A stretch of DNA of 64,000 bases from Actinomycetota bacterium (GCA_043810615.1 JBDROA010000007.1:1390-65389), one strand, 5' to 3'; numbered from the stretch's first letter, positions 37,864 to 49,291 are shown. A program made the numbers and translations. The notes: generated by a model not told the origin, from the sequence alone.

Positions 37864-39171
37864 CTACCCCGCCAGACGCCCGGCGGCCGCCCGCAGCGCG
37901 ACCCGGGCGCGGTCGGTGTCCACCGTCCGGCAGGTCCCCGCCTCCACCACTCTCCGGCCGGCCACCCACACGTCGGTGACGTCGCGGCGCGATCCGGCCC
38001 ACACCACGTGACCGAGCAGATCCCGTGGCACGAGCACCGGGTCGTACACCACGTCGTCCGGCGAAACCCGCACCATGTCGGCCCACCGACCGGGGAGGAG
38101 CGCCCCGATGTCGTCGCGACCCAGTGCCGCCGCCGCCTCGGAAGTCATCAGGCGGAAGGCGTCCTCCACCCCCAGGATGCCGGCGTCGCCTTCCCGGAGG
38201 CGGGCGTAGAGCAGCGCCAGGCGGGCCTCCTCCCACAGGTCGAGGTTGTCGTTCGAGGCGGGCCCGTCGGTACCCACCCCCACCGCCACCCCGGCCCGGC
38301 GCAGCGCAGCCACCGGAGCCAGCCCCGAGGCCAGCTTGCCGTTCGACCCCGGGCAGTGCGCGACCCCCACCCCGTGGGCGGCGAACCGGGTGATGTCCTC
38401 GGCGGTGAGCCAGACACAGTGGGCCGCCAGGGTGCGGGGCACGTAGCAACCCAGGTCCTCCAGGTGGGCGGGGACCGTGTTGCCCGTACGCGCCGTCACG
38501 GCGTCGCCCTCGCTCCGGGTCTCGGCGACATGGAGGTGCACCGGCATGGCAAGGGCGGAGGCGGTCTCCGCCACCTCCCGCAGGGCGGCATCGCCCAGCG
38601 TGTAGGCGGAGTGAGGGCCGAGGCCCACCTCGACCAGGTCCTCCCCGGCCAGGGACTCGCGGAGGGTCACGGCGGCACGGATCATGTCGGCGGCCGTCCC
38701 GAAGCGCTCCCAGCCGGGGGCCTCCGCCACCACGGGGAACACCAGCGTGCGCAGGCCGGCCGTTACCGCCGCCTCGGCCACCGCCGCGGCGTGGAAGTAC
38801 ATCTCGACGCTGGTGGTGATGCCCCCCTGGAGCATCTCCGCCGCCCCCACCAGCATCCCGAGCCGGGTGCCGCCGGGGGTGAGTCGGGCTTCCCGGGGCC
38901 AGATCACCTCCTGGAGCCAGCGGTTGAGAGGCAGGCCTTCCCCCGCTCCCCGCAACACGGTCATGGCCGAGTGGGCATGGCAGTTCACCAGGCCGGGCAG
39001 CAGCAGGCCGCCGACGCTATGGACGGCGTCTCCCGGGCCCAGTGGCGGGGCTTGCGACCGGGGCCCCGACGCGGCCACCCGCCCGTCGGACACGTCCACG
39101 AACCCGGGGCTGTGCAAGGAGAAAGCGGGGTCCATGGGCAGGACGTGGTCGGCGAGGTAGCGGTCGATCAC
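37864..39171 (-). CDS. amidohydrolase (MTA/SAH-deaminase / cytosine-deaminase-like)
   Basis: GTG 39171 overlaps the EamA stop (GTGA). (M)[14 protein letters not shown]...GLVNCHAHSAMT...HLHVAET...GTDGPASNDNLDLWEE are metal-ligand blocks of the MtaD-type subfamily. The ORF-track extension to 40242 is junk. Confidence 0.85.
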   Translation of the reverse strand: MIDRYLADHVLPMDPAFSLHSPGFVDVSDGRVAASGPRSQAPPLGPGDAVHSVGGLLLPGLVNCHAHSAMTVLRGAGEGLPLNRWLQEVIWPREARLTPGGTRLGMLVGAAEMLQGGITTSVEMYFHAAAVAEAAVTAGLRTLVFPVVAEAPGWERFGTAADMIRAAVTLRESLAGEDLVEVGLGPHSAYTLGDAALREVAETASALAMPVHLHVAETRSEGDAVTARTGNTVPAHLEDLGCYVPRTLAAHCVWLTAEDITRFAAHGVGVAHCPGSNGKLASGLAPVAALRRAGVAVGVGTDGPASNDNLDLWEEARLALLYARLREGDAGILGVEDAFRLMTSEAAAALGRDDIGALLPGRWADMVRVSPDDVVYDPVLVPRDLLGHVVWAGSRRDVTDVWVAGRRVVEAGTCRTVDTDRARVALRAAAGRLAG

Positions 39172-40085
39172 GGCGCCACCGCCATGCCGCTCGCCGTGGA
39201 CCGCGGGCCCGAGAGGGTCAGGATCAGCGCGGCGAGGACCACGGCACAGCCCACCAGGACCGCCGCCGGAGCGGCCTCCCCCAGCCAGGCCCAGGCAAGC
39301 AGGGTCGACCCGACCGGCTCGCCCAGGGTGGCGAGGGCCACCACCGTGGGCGTGGTGTGCCGCAGCGACCAGGTCATGAGCCCGTGGCCCACCAACTGGG
39401 GGATGAGAGCGCTGAGGAAGATGTACAAGAGAGCCTCCCCGTTTGCCGGGCTCAGAGCCACTCCGGACGCGGCCGCCACCGCCATCACCGTACCGCCGCC
39501 CACGGCGCAGGCCACTCCCATGAAGGACCACACCTCCAGATCCGGGCCGAGGTGGCGGGCCAGAAGCAGGTATGCGGCCATGGCGGCGGTGCCGAGCAGG
39601 GCCAGGCCGTCGCCGGCCAGGGCGCGCCCGGAGAACGACAGGTCGGCGCCTCCGACGATGACCACCCCCGCCGCCCCCAGGGCGAGCGCGGCCCACAGGC
39701 GCCCCTCGGGCCGATCCCGGCCGGTGACCACCCCGACGACCGCCAGCAGAAGAGGAGTGGCCGTCACCAGGGTCACCGAGGCGGCCACGCTGGTGAGGTC
39801 GAGCGACCAGATCCAAGCGCTGAAGTGCACGGCGTACAGCAGGCCGGCAACGACCGCCCATCCCAGGACCGGCTGCAGCCGTTTGCGATGCCAGCCGCGG
39901 ACCACGGCCGGGAGGAGCAGGGCCGCCGCCATCAGCAGCCGCAGGCCGGAACGGGTCAGGGCGTGGGTGGGCTCCGCCAGCTTCAAGAAGATGGCGGCGA
40001 AGGAGATCGCCACCACGGCCGCCACCAGCGCCGGGGCCACGAGGCCGCTGCGCTCTCGCCGGGCTGCGGGGGGAAAGTGGGGCAT
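39168..40085 (-). CDS. EamA/DMT-family transporter
   Basis: From ATG 40085: [37 protein letters not shown]...; ten TM segments across two EamA repeats. Confidence 0.8.
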   Translation of the reverse strand: MPHFPPAARRERSGLVAPALVAAVVAISFAAIFLKLAEPTHALTRSGLRLLMAAALLLPAVVRGWHRKRLQPVLGWAVVAGLLYAVHFSAWIWSLDLTSVAASVTLVTATPLLLAVVGVVTGRDRPEGRLWAALALGAAGVVIVGGADLSFSGRALAGDGLALLGTAAMAAYLLLARHLGPDLEVWSFMGVACAVGGGTVMAVAAASGVALSPANGEALLYIFLSALIPQLVGHGLMTWSLRHTTPTVVALATLGEPVGSTLLAWAWLGEAAPAAVLVGCAVVLAALILTLSGPRSTASGMAVAP

Positions 40086-40240
40086 GGTCGGACGGCGGCC
40101 GTCCCCGGCAAGGGCACGGACCCGCCCGGATGCTAACGAGGAGGCCCTGCCCGGCGCGGCCTGCCGCCCCGGCACCGGAGAGACCCCGGGAGGCCACCGT
40201 AGAATCGGCTTCGAGCCACTCCGTCGACCGAGAGGTGCCC

Positions 40241-41851
<1,611 letters not shown>

Positions 41852-41936
41852 CCCGGCCGATCGGCCGAGCCGACGGCCGGCAAGGCCGGGGCCCCGCCGC
41901 TATCTTGGCCGGCAAGTGACGCCTCGAGGAGTCCTC

Positions 41937-42779
41937 GTGAAACACCCCAGCCGCGCCCTCATCGCCGGGCTCATGGCCAGTGTCTTGCTGGCCGCCGCCT
42001 GCGGTGACGACGGCGGCACCGGCACCACGGGGCCGGAGACGACCGCCACCGCTGCGACCACACCTTCGCCCACCACCACCAGCCAGGCCACCACCACCAC
42101 CACCCAGGCCACCACCACGACCCAGGCCACCACCACCACCGACCTGCACCCGGTCTGGGGGATCAGCTGGGCATCGGTCTGGCCGGCGGAGGGCTCTACC
42201 GCCACCTACCGCCTCGACCTGTGGAACGAGGAACCGGTCGATCTCCCCACCATCATCGAGTACGGCGTGGAGTGGGACGGGGGCACCTGGGATCGGATCC
42301 TCTTCGGCAGCACCGAGCCCGGCGAGTACGGGCTGGCCTTCTACTTCGACCGCTCCGATCCCTGGGTGATCCGGGTGTGGGGCCTTCGGGCCACCGGGCC
42401 GGGCATGGGCCCGCAGGGGGCTCTCGACGAGTACCTGGGGGGGTTCCCGGCCGTGGACCTGGCCGGGTTGCCCGACGTCGCTCCGACGCTCGACGTCGAC
42501 GCCTTCGTCGACAGCGGGGAGGGGAACCTGTACGGGCCGAGCCCGGCGGTGTACGCCCTTGAGGTGGTGGGCCTCGAGGAGGTCGCGGTGCCCGCCGGCA
42601 CCTTCGAGGTCAGCCTGCACATCCGCTTCGGCCTCGGCGGCGAGTTCTTCGGGGTCCAGGAGGGGCAGGAGATCGCCTCCTTCTCCGATCTCTGGGTCGA
42701 TCCCACCCAACTGATCCTGCGCTGGGACCCGGCCCCCGGCTTCGGGACGGCACTGGAGCTCGTGACCCCCTGGGAGTAA
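41937..42779 (+). CDS. Thr-rich lipoprotein, hypothetical
   Basis: GTG 41937 with GAGGAG upstream. Lipobox LLAAAC, TTTT linker, then a roughly 180-aa domain (...LHPVWGISWASVWPAEGSTATYRLD...). Confidence 0.7.
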   Translation: MKHPSRALIAGLMASVLLAAACGDDGGTGTTGPETTATAATTPSPTTTSQATTTTTQATTTTQATTTTDLHPVWGISWASVWPAEGSTATYRLDLWNEEPVDLPTIIEYGVEWDGGTWDRILFGSTEPGEYGLAFYFDRSDPWVIRVWGLRATGPGMGPQGALDEYLGGFPAVDLAGLPDVAPTLDVDAFVDSGEGNLYGPSPAVYALEVVGLEEVAVPAGTFEVSLHIRFGLGGEFFGVQEGQEIASFSDLWVDPTQLILRWDPAPGFGTALELVTPWE

Positions 42780-42799
42780 CCGGACGAGGGAGGCACACG

Positions 42800-43712
42800 A
42801 TGCGGCGGCGGCCGTCCCTGGCCATGGTCCTGGGTCTCCCCGCGGTCGGCTGCGGCGTTGCGGCTTCCCCACCTCCACCACTACGGCGCCCACCACCACG
42901 ACGGTCCCGACGACGACCGCTCCGCCCGAACCTCGACCACCCTCCCGGCCGACCTCCATCCCCCCTGGGGCGTCGGGTGGGCGGCCATCTGGCCGGCGGA
43001 GGGAACCACCGCCACCTCTGAGGTCGGGGCCACCGACGACGACACCACCGAGGTCACGGCCCGCTTCGAGCCCGGCGTGGACCAGGAGGGGACGGGCCGG
43101 GATCGCATCGCGGTGGGCGTCGTCGAGGATGGGAAGCACGGGGCCGCCCTCTGCCTCCAGCGGACCGAGGCCCGGGTCCCGCGGCTCTGGGGCATGAAGG
43201 CCACCTCCGTCCAGGACACGTCCTGGACTACTTCGGGGAGCCCCCCGTCCTCGACCTGAGGGATCTGCCCGAAGAGCCCCCCACTATCGCTGGTGGCCTT
43301 CTGGTCCACGTGCCCGGGTCGTGCCTGGGCGATCCTCTCCCCGTCACCTACCGGCTCGAGTGGGTCGGCATCGAGACGGTGGAAGTGGCGGCGGGGACAT
43401 CCACCGACGCCCTCCACATGCAGATCGTGATGACCGGGGAGTCCTTCGAGTGGATGCGGGAAGGGGACGAGCCCGTCGTCTCGGACATGCGGCTCCAAGG
43501 CCGTCTTCCGGATCGAGTGGGTCGGGGTCGAAGACATCGAGGTCGCCCCGGGTGAGACGGAGCGGCTGGAGGTGTGCCACCTCCGCATTGGCCTCGGCGG
43601 GGACTTCTGCCCCCTGGGGCCGGGGGGCGAGATCACCTTCTTCTCCGACCTCTGGCTGCACCCCGGGCAACTGATGGTCGGTGGGAGCCCGGTCCGGCGG
43701 GAGGGCCATTAA
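42800..43712 (+). pseudogene. multiply frameshifted paralog of the 41937..42779 lipoprotein
   Basis: The signal plus lipobox (MRRRPSLAMVLGLPAVGCG) is in one frame. The Thr-rich linker (TSTTTAPTTTTVPTTT) is in a second. ADLHPPWGVGWAAIWPAEGTTATSEV... is in a third. ...LDYFGEPPVLDLRDLPEE...VTYRLEWVGIETVEV... is back in the first. VFRIEWVGVEDIEVAPGETERLEVCHLRIGLGGDF...DLWLHPGQL-stop (43712) is in another. Each piece aligns to the intact upstream paralog. Confidence 0.55.
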
Positions 43713-43907
43713 ACTGCCGATGCCCCGGGGCATGTACGACCGGCGAAGCAGGTGCCGGCGGGCGCTCCGTCCGCCGGCACCCTCAGCCACGGCCCGGGCC
43801 CTAGCGCCGCACCGGCTCCGACTCCCGCGTGGGCACCGGGACCGGCACGGCGCCGGGAGTCGTCGGCTCCTCGACGGGCGCCTGAATGGGCTCCGGTTCG
43901 ACGATGA

Positions 43908-44708
43908 TCACCCGCTTCTGCTCTCCGATGTCCATACTTCCCCAAACCTCCTCGCCTCATCCGTAAGGTACTCCACTGCGCACACCGGCAGGCCGGGACG
44001 GCCGGCGCGCACCCCGCCGGCCCTCTGGGCTTCCTCCCACCCGAGCCCCGGAGCGAACAGCCGGGCAATCCATTTCGGGTCGGATCGGCACACCAAGGCA
44101 CCGTCCCGCATCAGGGCCACCGCCGGCACCTCGGCCCGCTGCGCCCGGTAGCCGTGCTCGTGCTCGATCACCTTGCCGCTGAGGGCTACCAGGCCGTAGA
44201 TGATGCCGGGCCACGCTCCCGGCCGGGCCCCCCAGAGCGCCCCGGCGTCCTTGAAGGCATAGATGCCGCAGCGACAACACGGGGCGTCGTGCGGCGCCCC
44301 CGGCCCGCGGGGGCAGCGGGCCTCCAGTCGCGGCTCTTCCCAGACCTGCACCACGCCGCGCACGCCCAGCGAGGTGAGCCGCCACATGCGGAACCCCAGA
44401 ATGGGCGCCGGCGACCAGAACGCCCCCGCCGACCGCCCCCCGGCGGAGCGCGCCGGGTCCGGGGCCGGCGGCTCCACCGTCGTCTGCGCCCGCACCTGCT
44501 CCAGTTCCAGGATCTGCCGGCGAAGCGCCTCGGCCCCCTTCTGGCTCAGCACACGCGAGAGGGCCCTCCACCCCCGCTCGACCGCCGACGGCAGGGGCTC
44601 GCCCCATGTCACGCCGGGCAACGGCCCCTCGAGCCCGGAGGGCTCACCCCCTCCCGGGCCACTGTGGAACCACCCACCCGGAGGCCGCGGACCAGCCCCC
44701 GGCATCAT
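43908..44708 (-). CDS. uncharacterised protein with a coiled-coil N-terminus and a conserved Cys/His-rich C-terminal domain (gene C of the operon)
   Basis: ATG-ATG at 44708/44705 with GGGGAGG 4 nt upstream. It overlaps the TGA of the upstream gene (ATGA). The C-terminal domain reads FWSPAPILGFRMW...EARC...HDAPCCRCGIYAFK...LSGKVIEHEHGYRAQRA. A clear paralog lies at 51847..52905. Confidence 0.65.
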   Translation of the reverse strand: MMPGAGPRPPGGWFHSGPGGGEPSGLEGPLPGVTWGEPLPSAVERGWRALSRVLSQKGAEALRRQILELEQVRAQTTVEPPAPDPARSAGGRSAGAFWSPAPILGFRMWRLTSLGVRGVVQVWEEPRLEARCPRGPGAPHDAPCCRCGIYAFKDAGALWGARPGAWPGIIYGLVALSGKVIEHEHGYRAQRAEVPAVALMRDGALVCRSDPKWIARLFAPGLGWEEAQRAGGVRAGRPGLPVCAVEYLTDEARRFGEVWTSESRSG

Positions 44709-45700
44709 CGGGCCTCCCCGAACCACGACCGCCGCCCGCCCGCCTGCTGCCCTTCTGAGGGCATCCCTGCCCCGGCCGCCTCGGGGGCCCACAGCGCCGC
44801 CAGGTGCACCAGGGAGGAACCGACGACCAGGGCCGACACCACAGCGCCGGGGGCGGTGAGGAACACCACCTCGCCCAGGCCAACGGCGGCATGGGTGCTG
44901 GCCACCCCTCCCGATAGCGCCGCCACCCGGGCCACCCCCTCAGCGGCGAGGCCACCGCCCGGCCCGCCGAGCCCCACCCGGGCGTCGGCGGCATAGGAAC
45001 CCACCAGGCCCCGCCATAGGAACGCCAGCGTGTCGGGGCGGTCGAACACGTCGAGCGCCAGCGGCCGCGCCCCCACCAGGGCAAGCACGCCGCGTTGGCC
45101 GGCGGCCGGCCGCAGCGGCACGGTGATCTCGTCGATGGCCCCGGCCCGCCGGCGGTGCACCTCGGAGTACAAAGCCGTCGAGGAGTCCACCTCGTGCAGG
45201 CTGAGGTGGCGATCGACCGCGCCCCAGACCTCCCCCTGGTGGGAGCGGTACCCGACACCCCGGCGGGCCTCGTGCTGCACCCCGATGTTCTTGGCTGCCC
45301 TGACCCGGGGGGAGGCGTGGAGGTCCTCGCGCGCCATGGGCCGGGCAGCCCCCCAGCGGCCGGCCTCGACGCACGAGACCGGGATGGTCAGCGTGGCCTG
45401 GGCCGGCACCAGGACCGTGGTGTTCAGCGTGCGGGTCTGCCTGAGCCCGCCTAGCACCTCCCCTTCCAGGAGCAGCACCGGTCGGCCGGCGTGGTTGACG
45501 ACCTGCAGTTCGGGCACCGAGCCACCCCCCACTTCCTCGACCAGCACGACGCCTTCCGCCACCGCCCCGGCAAACAGCCGGTACGGAACGGCCTCACCGT
45601 CGTGGAAGACCGGCACCATGGTGAGCGGGCCCGACTGCTGCGGCTCGCCGAAGCGCAGGCCGCTCCCGAGCATCGTGGTTACGGTGTCGCCTGCCGTCAT
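44705..45700 (-). CDS. conserved hypothetical protein (gene B; resembles the database family ARPP-1/DUF6569, tentative)
   Basis: 331 aa. ...MVPVFHDGEAVPYRLFAGAVAEGVVLVEEVGGGSVPELQVVNHAGRPVLLLEGEVLGGLRQTRTLNTTVLVPAQATLTIPVSCVEAGRW... Its start overlaps the stop of gene A (ATGA at 45697-45700). Confidence 0.7.
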   Translation of the reverse strand: MTAGDTVTTMLGSGLRFGEPQQSGPLTMVPVFHDGEAVPYRLFAGAVAEGVVLVEEVGGGSVPELQVVNHAGRPVLLLEGEVLGGLRQTRTLNTTVLVPAQATLTIPVSCVEAGRWGAARPMAREDLHASPRVRAAKNIGVQHEARRGVGYRSHQGEVWGAVDRHLSLHEVDSSTALYSEVHRRRAGAIDEITVPLRPAAGQRGVLALVGARPLALDVFDRPDTLAFLWRGLVGSYAADARVGLGGPGGGLAAEGVARVAALSGGVASTHAAVGLGEVVFLTAPGAVVSALVVGSSLVHLAALWAPEAAGAGMPSEGQQAGGRRSWFGEAR

Positions 45701-46659
45701 TGGCCCTCCTTGGCACCACTGTCGCGCTCGCCTGTGACAGATCCGGCCGGCGCCGGCGGCGTACCGGTTGCCTGCCGCTCACGCCTCCGCCGTTCCGACT
45801 CCTCCACCGCCCGGCGCTTCTTCTCGCTCACCACGTTGGCGAACAGGCGGGCCGATGAAGACGCCGCCTCCACCTCCCCCAGGGTGAGATCGGCGGCCTG
45901 GGCAGAGGTCACCCGGTCCCAGGCGACACCCTTCTCGGCGGCATAGGCAGCGGCCGGCTGGCGGTGGCGGCGGGTACGGGTCTCGGCCCTCTGCAGGTAG
46001 TAGTGGGAGATCATGTGGAAGACCTCGCCGTTGCCGGCACGGAAGGTGAGGGCTACCGGCGCCTCACCCCAGCGCTCCTGCAGTTCCCGGCTCGAGATGA
46101 GCACCTTCACCCGGCCGGAGTCGAGCACCGTGATGGGGTACGAAGAGCCCTCGAGCCACCAGATCGGGTCGTCCGCCCCCTCCATGACGCCCCTGAGGAA
46201 CGGGTTGTCGTGTGCGGCCGCTTCGATTCGCACCACGGCGTCGCCAGTGGGCCGCTGGTTGAAGGCCACCACGCCGGGGAAGGCCGGTTCGACCACGTGG
46301 CGCAGCGCCCAGTCGGTGGTGAACAGGCTGCCGCCGGCCTCCACGAAGCGTCGCACCGCGTCCACGGCGGCGGCACCCACCTGCCCCGGGCAGTTGACCA
46401 CCAGCAGTTGCTCGGGCCGCAGTTCGAGGCCGGCCAGGTGATAGGGGTCCACCGCCAGGTGGGGCAGGTCCAGGGCCTCAAGGACCCACTCGACGTGGTC
46501 GTACTGCCCGCGCACCACCACGATATCCGACCCCTTCACCTGCTCGAGGATCTCGTGGATCCCCGGCGCTTCGCGAGCGATGGCATCGCGCGTGTGACGG
46601 CCTCCCACCTGGTAGGCCCTGCGGCGGCGATCCTCACGGCTGCTGTCGGTTCCGGTCAA
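45697..46659 (-). CDS. conserved hypothetical protein (gene A; possible class-I-amidotransferase/ThuA-like fold, tentative)
   Basis: TTG 46659 with GAGGAG 8 nt upstream. (M)TGTDSSREDRRRRAYQVGG...GSDIVVVRGQYDHVEWV...LLVVNCPGQVGAAAVDAVRRFVEAGGSLFTTDWALRH... The ORF-track start at 46812 falls in an AT-rich non-coding region. Confidence 0.6.
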   Translation of the reverse strand: MTGTDSSREDRRRRAYQVGGRHTRDAIAREAPGIHEILEQVKGSDIVVVRGQYDHVEWVLEALDLPHLAVDPYHLAGLELRPEQLLVVNCPGQVGAAAVDAVRRFVEAGGSLFTTDWALRHVVEPAFPGVVAFNQRPTGDAVVRIEAAAHDNPFLRGVMEGADDPIWWLEGSSYPITVLDSGRVKVLISSRELQERWGEAPVALTFRAGNGEVFHMISHYYLQRAETRTRRHRQPAAAYAAEKGVAWDRVTSAQAADLTLGEVEAASSSARLFANVVSEKKRRAVEESERRRRERQATGTPPAPAGSVTGERDSGAKEGQ

Positions 46660-46679
46660 GGCGGTTTCTCCTCGGCTCG

Positions 46680-46804
46680 ATAACACCACTGATGGTGCTA
46701 GAATAACACTGTTAGTGTAATCCGTCAACAATAGGCCTCCGATCCTTGGTGTCCTATGCCCTGAGTAGTAGGTTGGCTCCGAGAGGCGAAGAAAGGGCCC
46801 CGCC
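46680..46804. promoter_or_regulatory. AT-rich divergent promoter region between gene A (minus) and the XRE regulator (plus)
   Basis: ...ataacaccactgatggtgctagaataacactgttagtgtaatccgtcaacaataggcctcc... The region is locally far below the roughly 70% GC of its surroundings. Confidence 0.5.
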
Positions 46805-47350
46805 ATGGACATCTCTCACGAGCGCCCCGAGTTCTACGAGGCCCTGGGGCGCACCATCCAGGTGCTGCGGACCGACCAGAGCCTCGATCGCAAGGACCTC
46901 GCCGACCGTTGCGGTATCTCCTACTCGTACCTGGCAGCCATCGAGAACGGGAAGAAGCCCCCCTCTTCCAAGGTGCTGTTCGCCATCGCCGGCGCCCTGG
47001 GGCTGCTCAGCCACGAACTGCTCGCCTCGGTCGAAACCCGTTTCCGGCGGCAGCACCATCCTGCGGCAGCCGCCGCGCCCCGCTTCGCCGCCCCCTCGGC
47101 GCGCCAGGCCTGGTTCCACGCTGCCCCGGCGCCCACGGCCCGCGGGGCTGCGGCTCGGCCCGCCTCTCCCAACCGCGGCCGGCCCGAGGACTTCGCCCCG
47201 GGCCCTCGTGCCACCGGGCAGGCCTCCTCCCCGGTCCCCCACTCTGCCGCCGGGTTCCTCATGGAGCTCGAGCGCCTCGACCTCCAGCTCAGCGACGAGG
47301 ACCGGGACCTGGTGCTCGGCCTGGCCCGCCGCCTGGCGGGGGGCGAGTAG
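46805..47350 (+). CDS. XRE-family helix-turn-helix transcriptional regulator
   Basis: HTH_XRE region: ...LRTDQSLDRKDLADRCGISYSYLAAIENGKKPPSSKVLFAIAGALGL... The C-terminal half is low-complexity Ala/Pro-rich. Confidence 0.8.
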   Translation: MDISHERPEFYEALGRTIQVLRTDQSLDRKDLADRCGISYSYLAAIENGKKPPSSKVLFAIAGALGLLSHELLASVETRFRRQHHPAAAAAPRFAAPSARQAWFHAAPAPTARGAAARPASPNRGRPEDFAPGPRATGQASSPVPHSAAGFLMELERLDLQLSDEDRDLVLGLARRLAGGE

Positions 47351-47667
47351 CCTTCCCCCTGCCCCGGCGAGCCCGGCGGCCGCGCCTCGTGACGGTCTGT
47401 CGGTGCCGGCTTCATCGTCATGGGCGACTGCGATGCCTGAAGACTCGCGGCGCAATACGGGCGTCTGTCCACGACCACCGGACGGCCAGAGAGGCCTGAT
47501 CGCTGATAGGAGAGGTGCACCGGGAGAATCGCGACGCTTTCGTCGAATCGGCATCGAGCAGGCCTTCAGAAGCCCGCTGAACCCTATTGGGCCGCAGATC
47601 TTGAGGCCCAGGGCGCTCTCGGCGACTTCGAGCCCCGAGCCCCAGAGGAGGACGAGGAGGAGGATCC

Positions 47668-47967
47668 ATGCTCATCGTGGCCGGCCCGCTGTTCGTAGAC
47701 CCGGAGGCCCATGCCGGCTTCCTCGACGCCGCAGCCGCGGTGGTACCGCCGACCCTTGCCGAGGACGGATGCCTGGAGTACGCCTTCTGGACCGACCCGG
47801 ACCGGCCCGGGCACTTCCTGGTCTTCGAGGAGTGGGAGTCGGAGGCCCACCTCGACGCCCACCTCCAAGCGCCTCACCTGAGGGCATTCCAGGCCGCCCT
47901 GGCCAAGCTCGGCCTGCGGGAGGCGGCGGTGCGCCGCTATCTGGTCGAGGCGGTGCACCCGCTCTGA
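47668..47967 (+). CDS. antibiotic-biosynthesis-monooxygenase (ABM) domain protein
   Basis: ATG 47668 after GAGGAGGAGGA. 99 aa. ...HFLVFEEWESEAHLDAHLQAPHLRAF... has the YgiN-like ferredoxin fold. Confidence 0.8.
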   Translation: MLIVAGPLFVDPEAHAGFLDAAAAVVPPTLAEDGCLEYAFWTDPDRPGHFLVFEEWESEAHLDAHLQAPHLRAFQAALAKLGLREAAVRRYLVEAVHPL

Positions 47968-48139
47968 AGCGCCGCCTCCCCGCAGGTGTGCCCAGAGCCG
48001 GGAGCACCGCCGGAGCGGCGTGCTCCCCACGCCGTCGTGCGCCGAGGCGGCAGACCCCGGCCGAGCGCCGGCTCCAGCCCGGCCCGGACGCCCGGGAGCC
48101 CCCGGGAGCCCCCGGAGGCTCCTCCCATTCGGCCGCTCG

Positions 48140-49183
48140 CTAGGCCGCCGCTGCGGGCTTGCGCTTGCGAGCCAGCATGAAGCCACCGCCGAGGGCGATC
48201 AGGGCTCCCAGGCCGATGGCGGCGTAGGGGATGATCGTCCCGAAGAGTGACACCATCATCTTGCCGTCCTCGGCGTCCTTCTTGGCATCGGCGATCGCCT
48301 GGTCGGAGGCCTGGTAGGAGAGGCGGAAGACCTCGACCTCCGTGGTGGCCAGAGCCAGCAGGCGCGCTTCGTCCTTGACGTAGTCGATTATCACCCCGGT
48401 GGTTGGCTCCACCCAGTACTCGGTGGCGTACTGGTACACGTAGCTGAGGGGCACCGGGTCCGGCAGCAGGGGCAGCAGCGCCGCCAGTCCCTGAAGCGTC
48501 TCCGGCGGCAGGCCCAGTTGCGGCGCCAGGCCCTCGATCGTGGTCTTGGGCAACGAGGGCGGGAACATGGCCAGCACGGCCGGGTCGCGCAGGGGTTGCG
48601 AGTCGGACTCCGAGCTGAAGTGGTAGGTGGTGATCCCCTCATGCTCCTCGACACCTAGGTACTCCACCGGCACCAGCGCCTGGTAGTCATCGCTCCAGCC
48701 CTGGTAGTCACGCTTCTCCGTGCCGATGGGGAAGCCGATCACCAGGCCCCGGCGCGTGTCCAGGACGCCGGTTTCGGAGGTGAAGTTGGGGATCTCCTCC
48801 GTGGTCTTGCGGTCGATGGCGTACCAGTAGGTCGTGTGCTGGCCGTCGGCATCGGTGTTCAGGCCCGGCAGGGGTTGGCCGTCGGGACCCTTCACCTGGA
48901 CCTGCTCGCGGACCAGAGCCTTGTTCCCCTCCACTTGCTCGGTGGTCACGTGGCGGTCGACCGCCACCGGCACATCGGAGAAGAAGAGGTTCGCCAGGTC
49001 CATGGTGGCCAGGGCCCCCGGATTGAGCATGGTCACCAGGGTGCCCTCATAGGTCCGGGTGCTGTCGACGTCGTCGGGCCATACCGCCATCATCGGCAGG
49101 ACGGCCAACTTGAGTACCAGGCCGGCGGCAACGAGCAGCAGGCCGAGGAACACGACCAGCAGGCCGCCGATCTTTCCCTTCAT
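48140..49183 (-). CDS. DUF3068-family actinobacterial membrane protein (PorA-like)
   Basis: ATG 49183 with GGAGGAAG upstream. N-terminal TM (LLVVFLGLLLVAAGLVL), about 290-aa extracytoplasmic domain, C-terminal TM (IPYAAIGLGALIALGGGFML) plus a basic tail. Confidence 0.7.
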   Translation of the reverse strand: MKGKIGGLLVVFLGLLLVAAGLVLKLAVLPMMAVWPDDVDSTRTYEGTLVTMLNPGALATMDLANLFFSDVPVAVDRHVTTEQVEGNKALVREQVQVKGPDGQPLPGLNTDADGQHTTYWYAIDRKTTEEIPNFTSETGVLDTRRGLVIGFPIGTEKRDYQGWSDDYQALVPVEYLGVEEHEGITTYHFSSESDSQPLRDPAVLAMFPPSLPKTTIEGLAPQLGLPPETLQGLAALLPLLPDPVPLSYVYQYATEYWVEPTTGVIIDYVKDEARLLALATTEVEVFRLSYQASDQAIADAKKDAEDGKMMVSLFGTIIPYAAIGLGALIALGGGFMLARKRKPAAAA

Positions 49184-49291
49184 CGCTTCCTCCAGTCCAC
49201 GCAGTGCCGCGCCACGCTAGGCGGTAGCCGCGCCGCCTGCCACGGCCTGGGGGGGTATTCCTGCTGGGGACCGGAGTGAGCCGGCCGCCCT

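Noticed and set aside
47351-47667. Possible leader peptide or small ORF between the XRE regulator and the ABM gene
   Set aside because: Only very short ORFs (under 25 codons) without an RBS are present.
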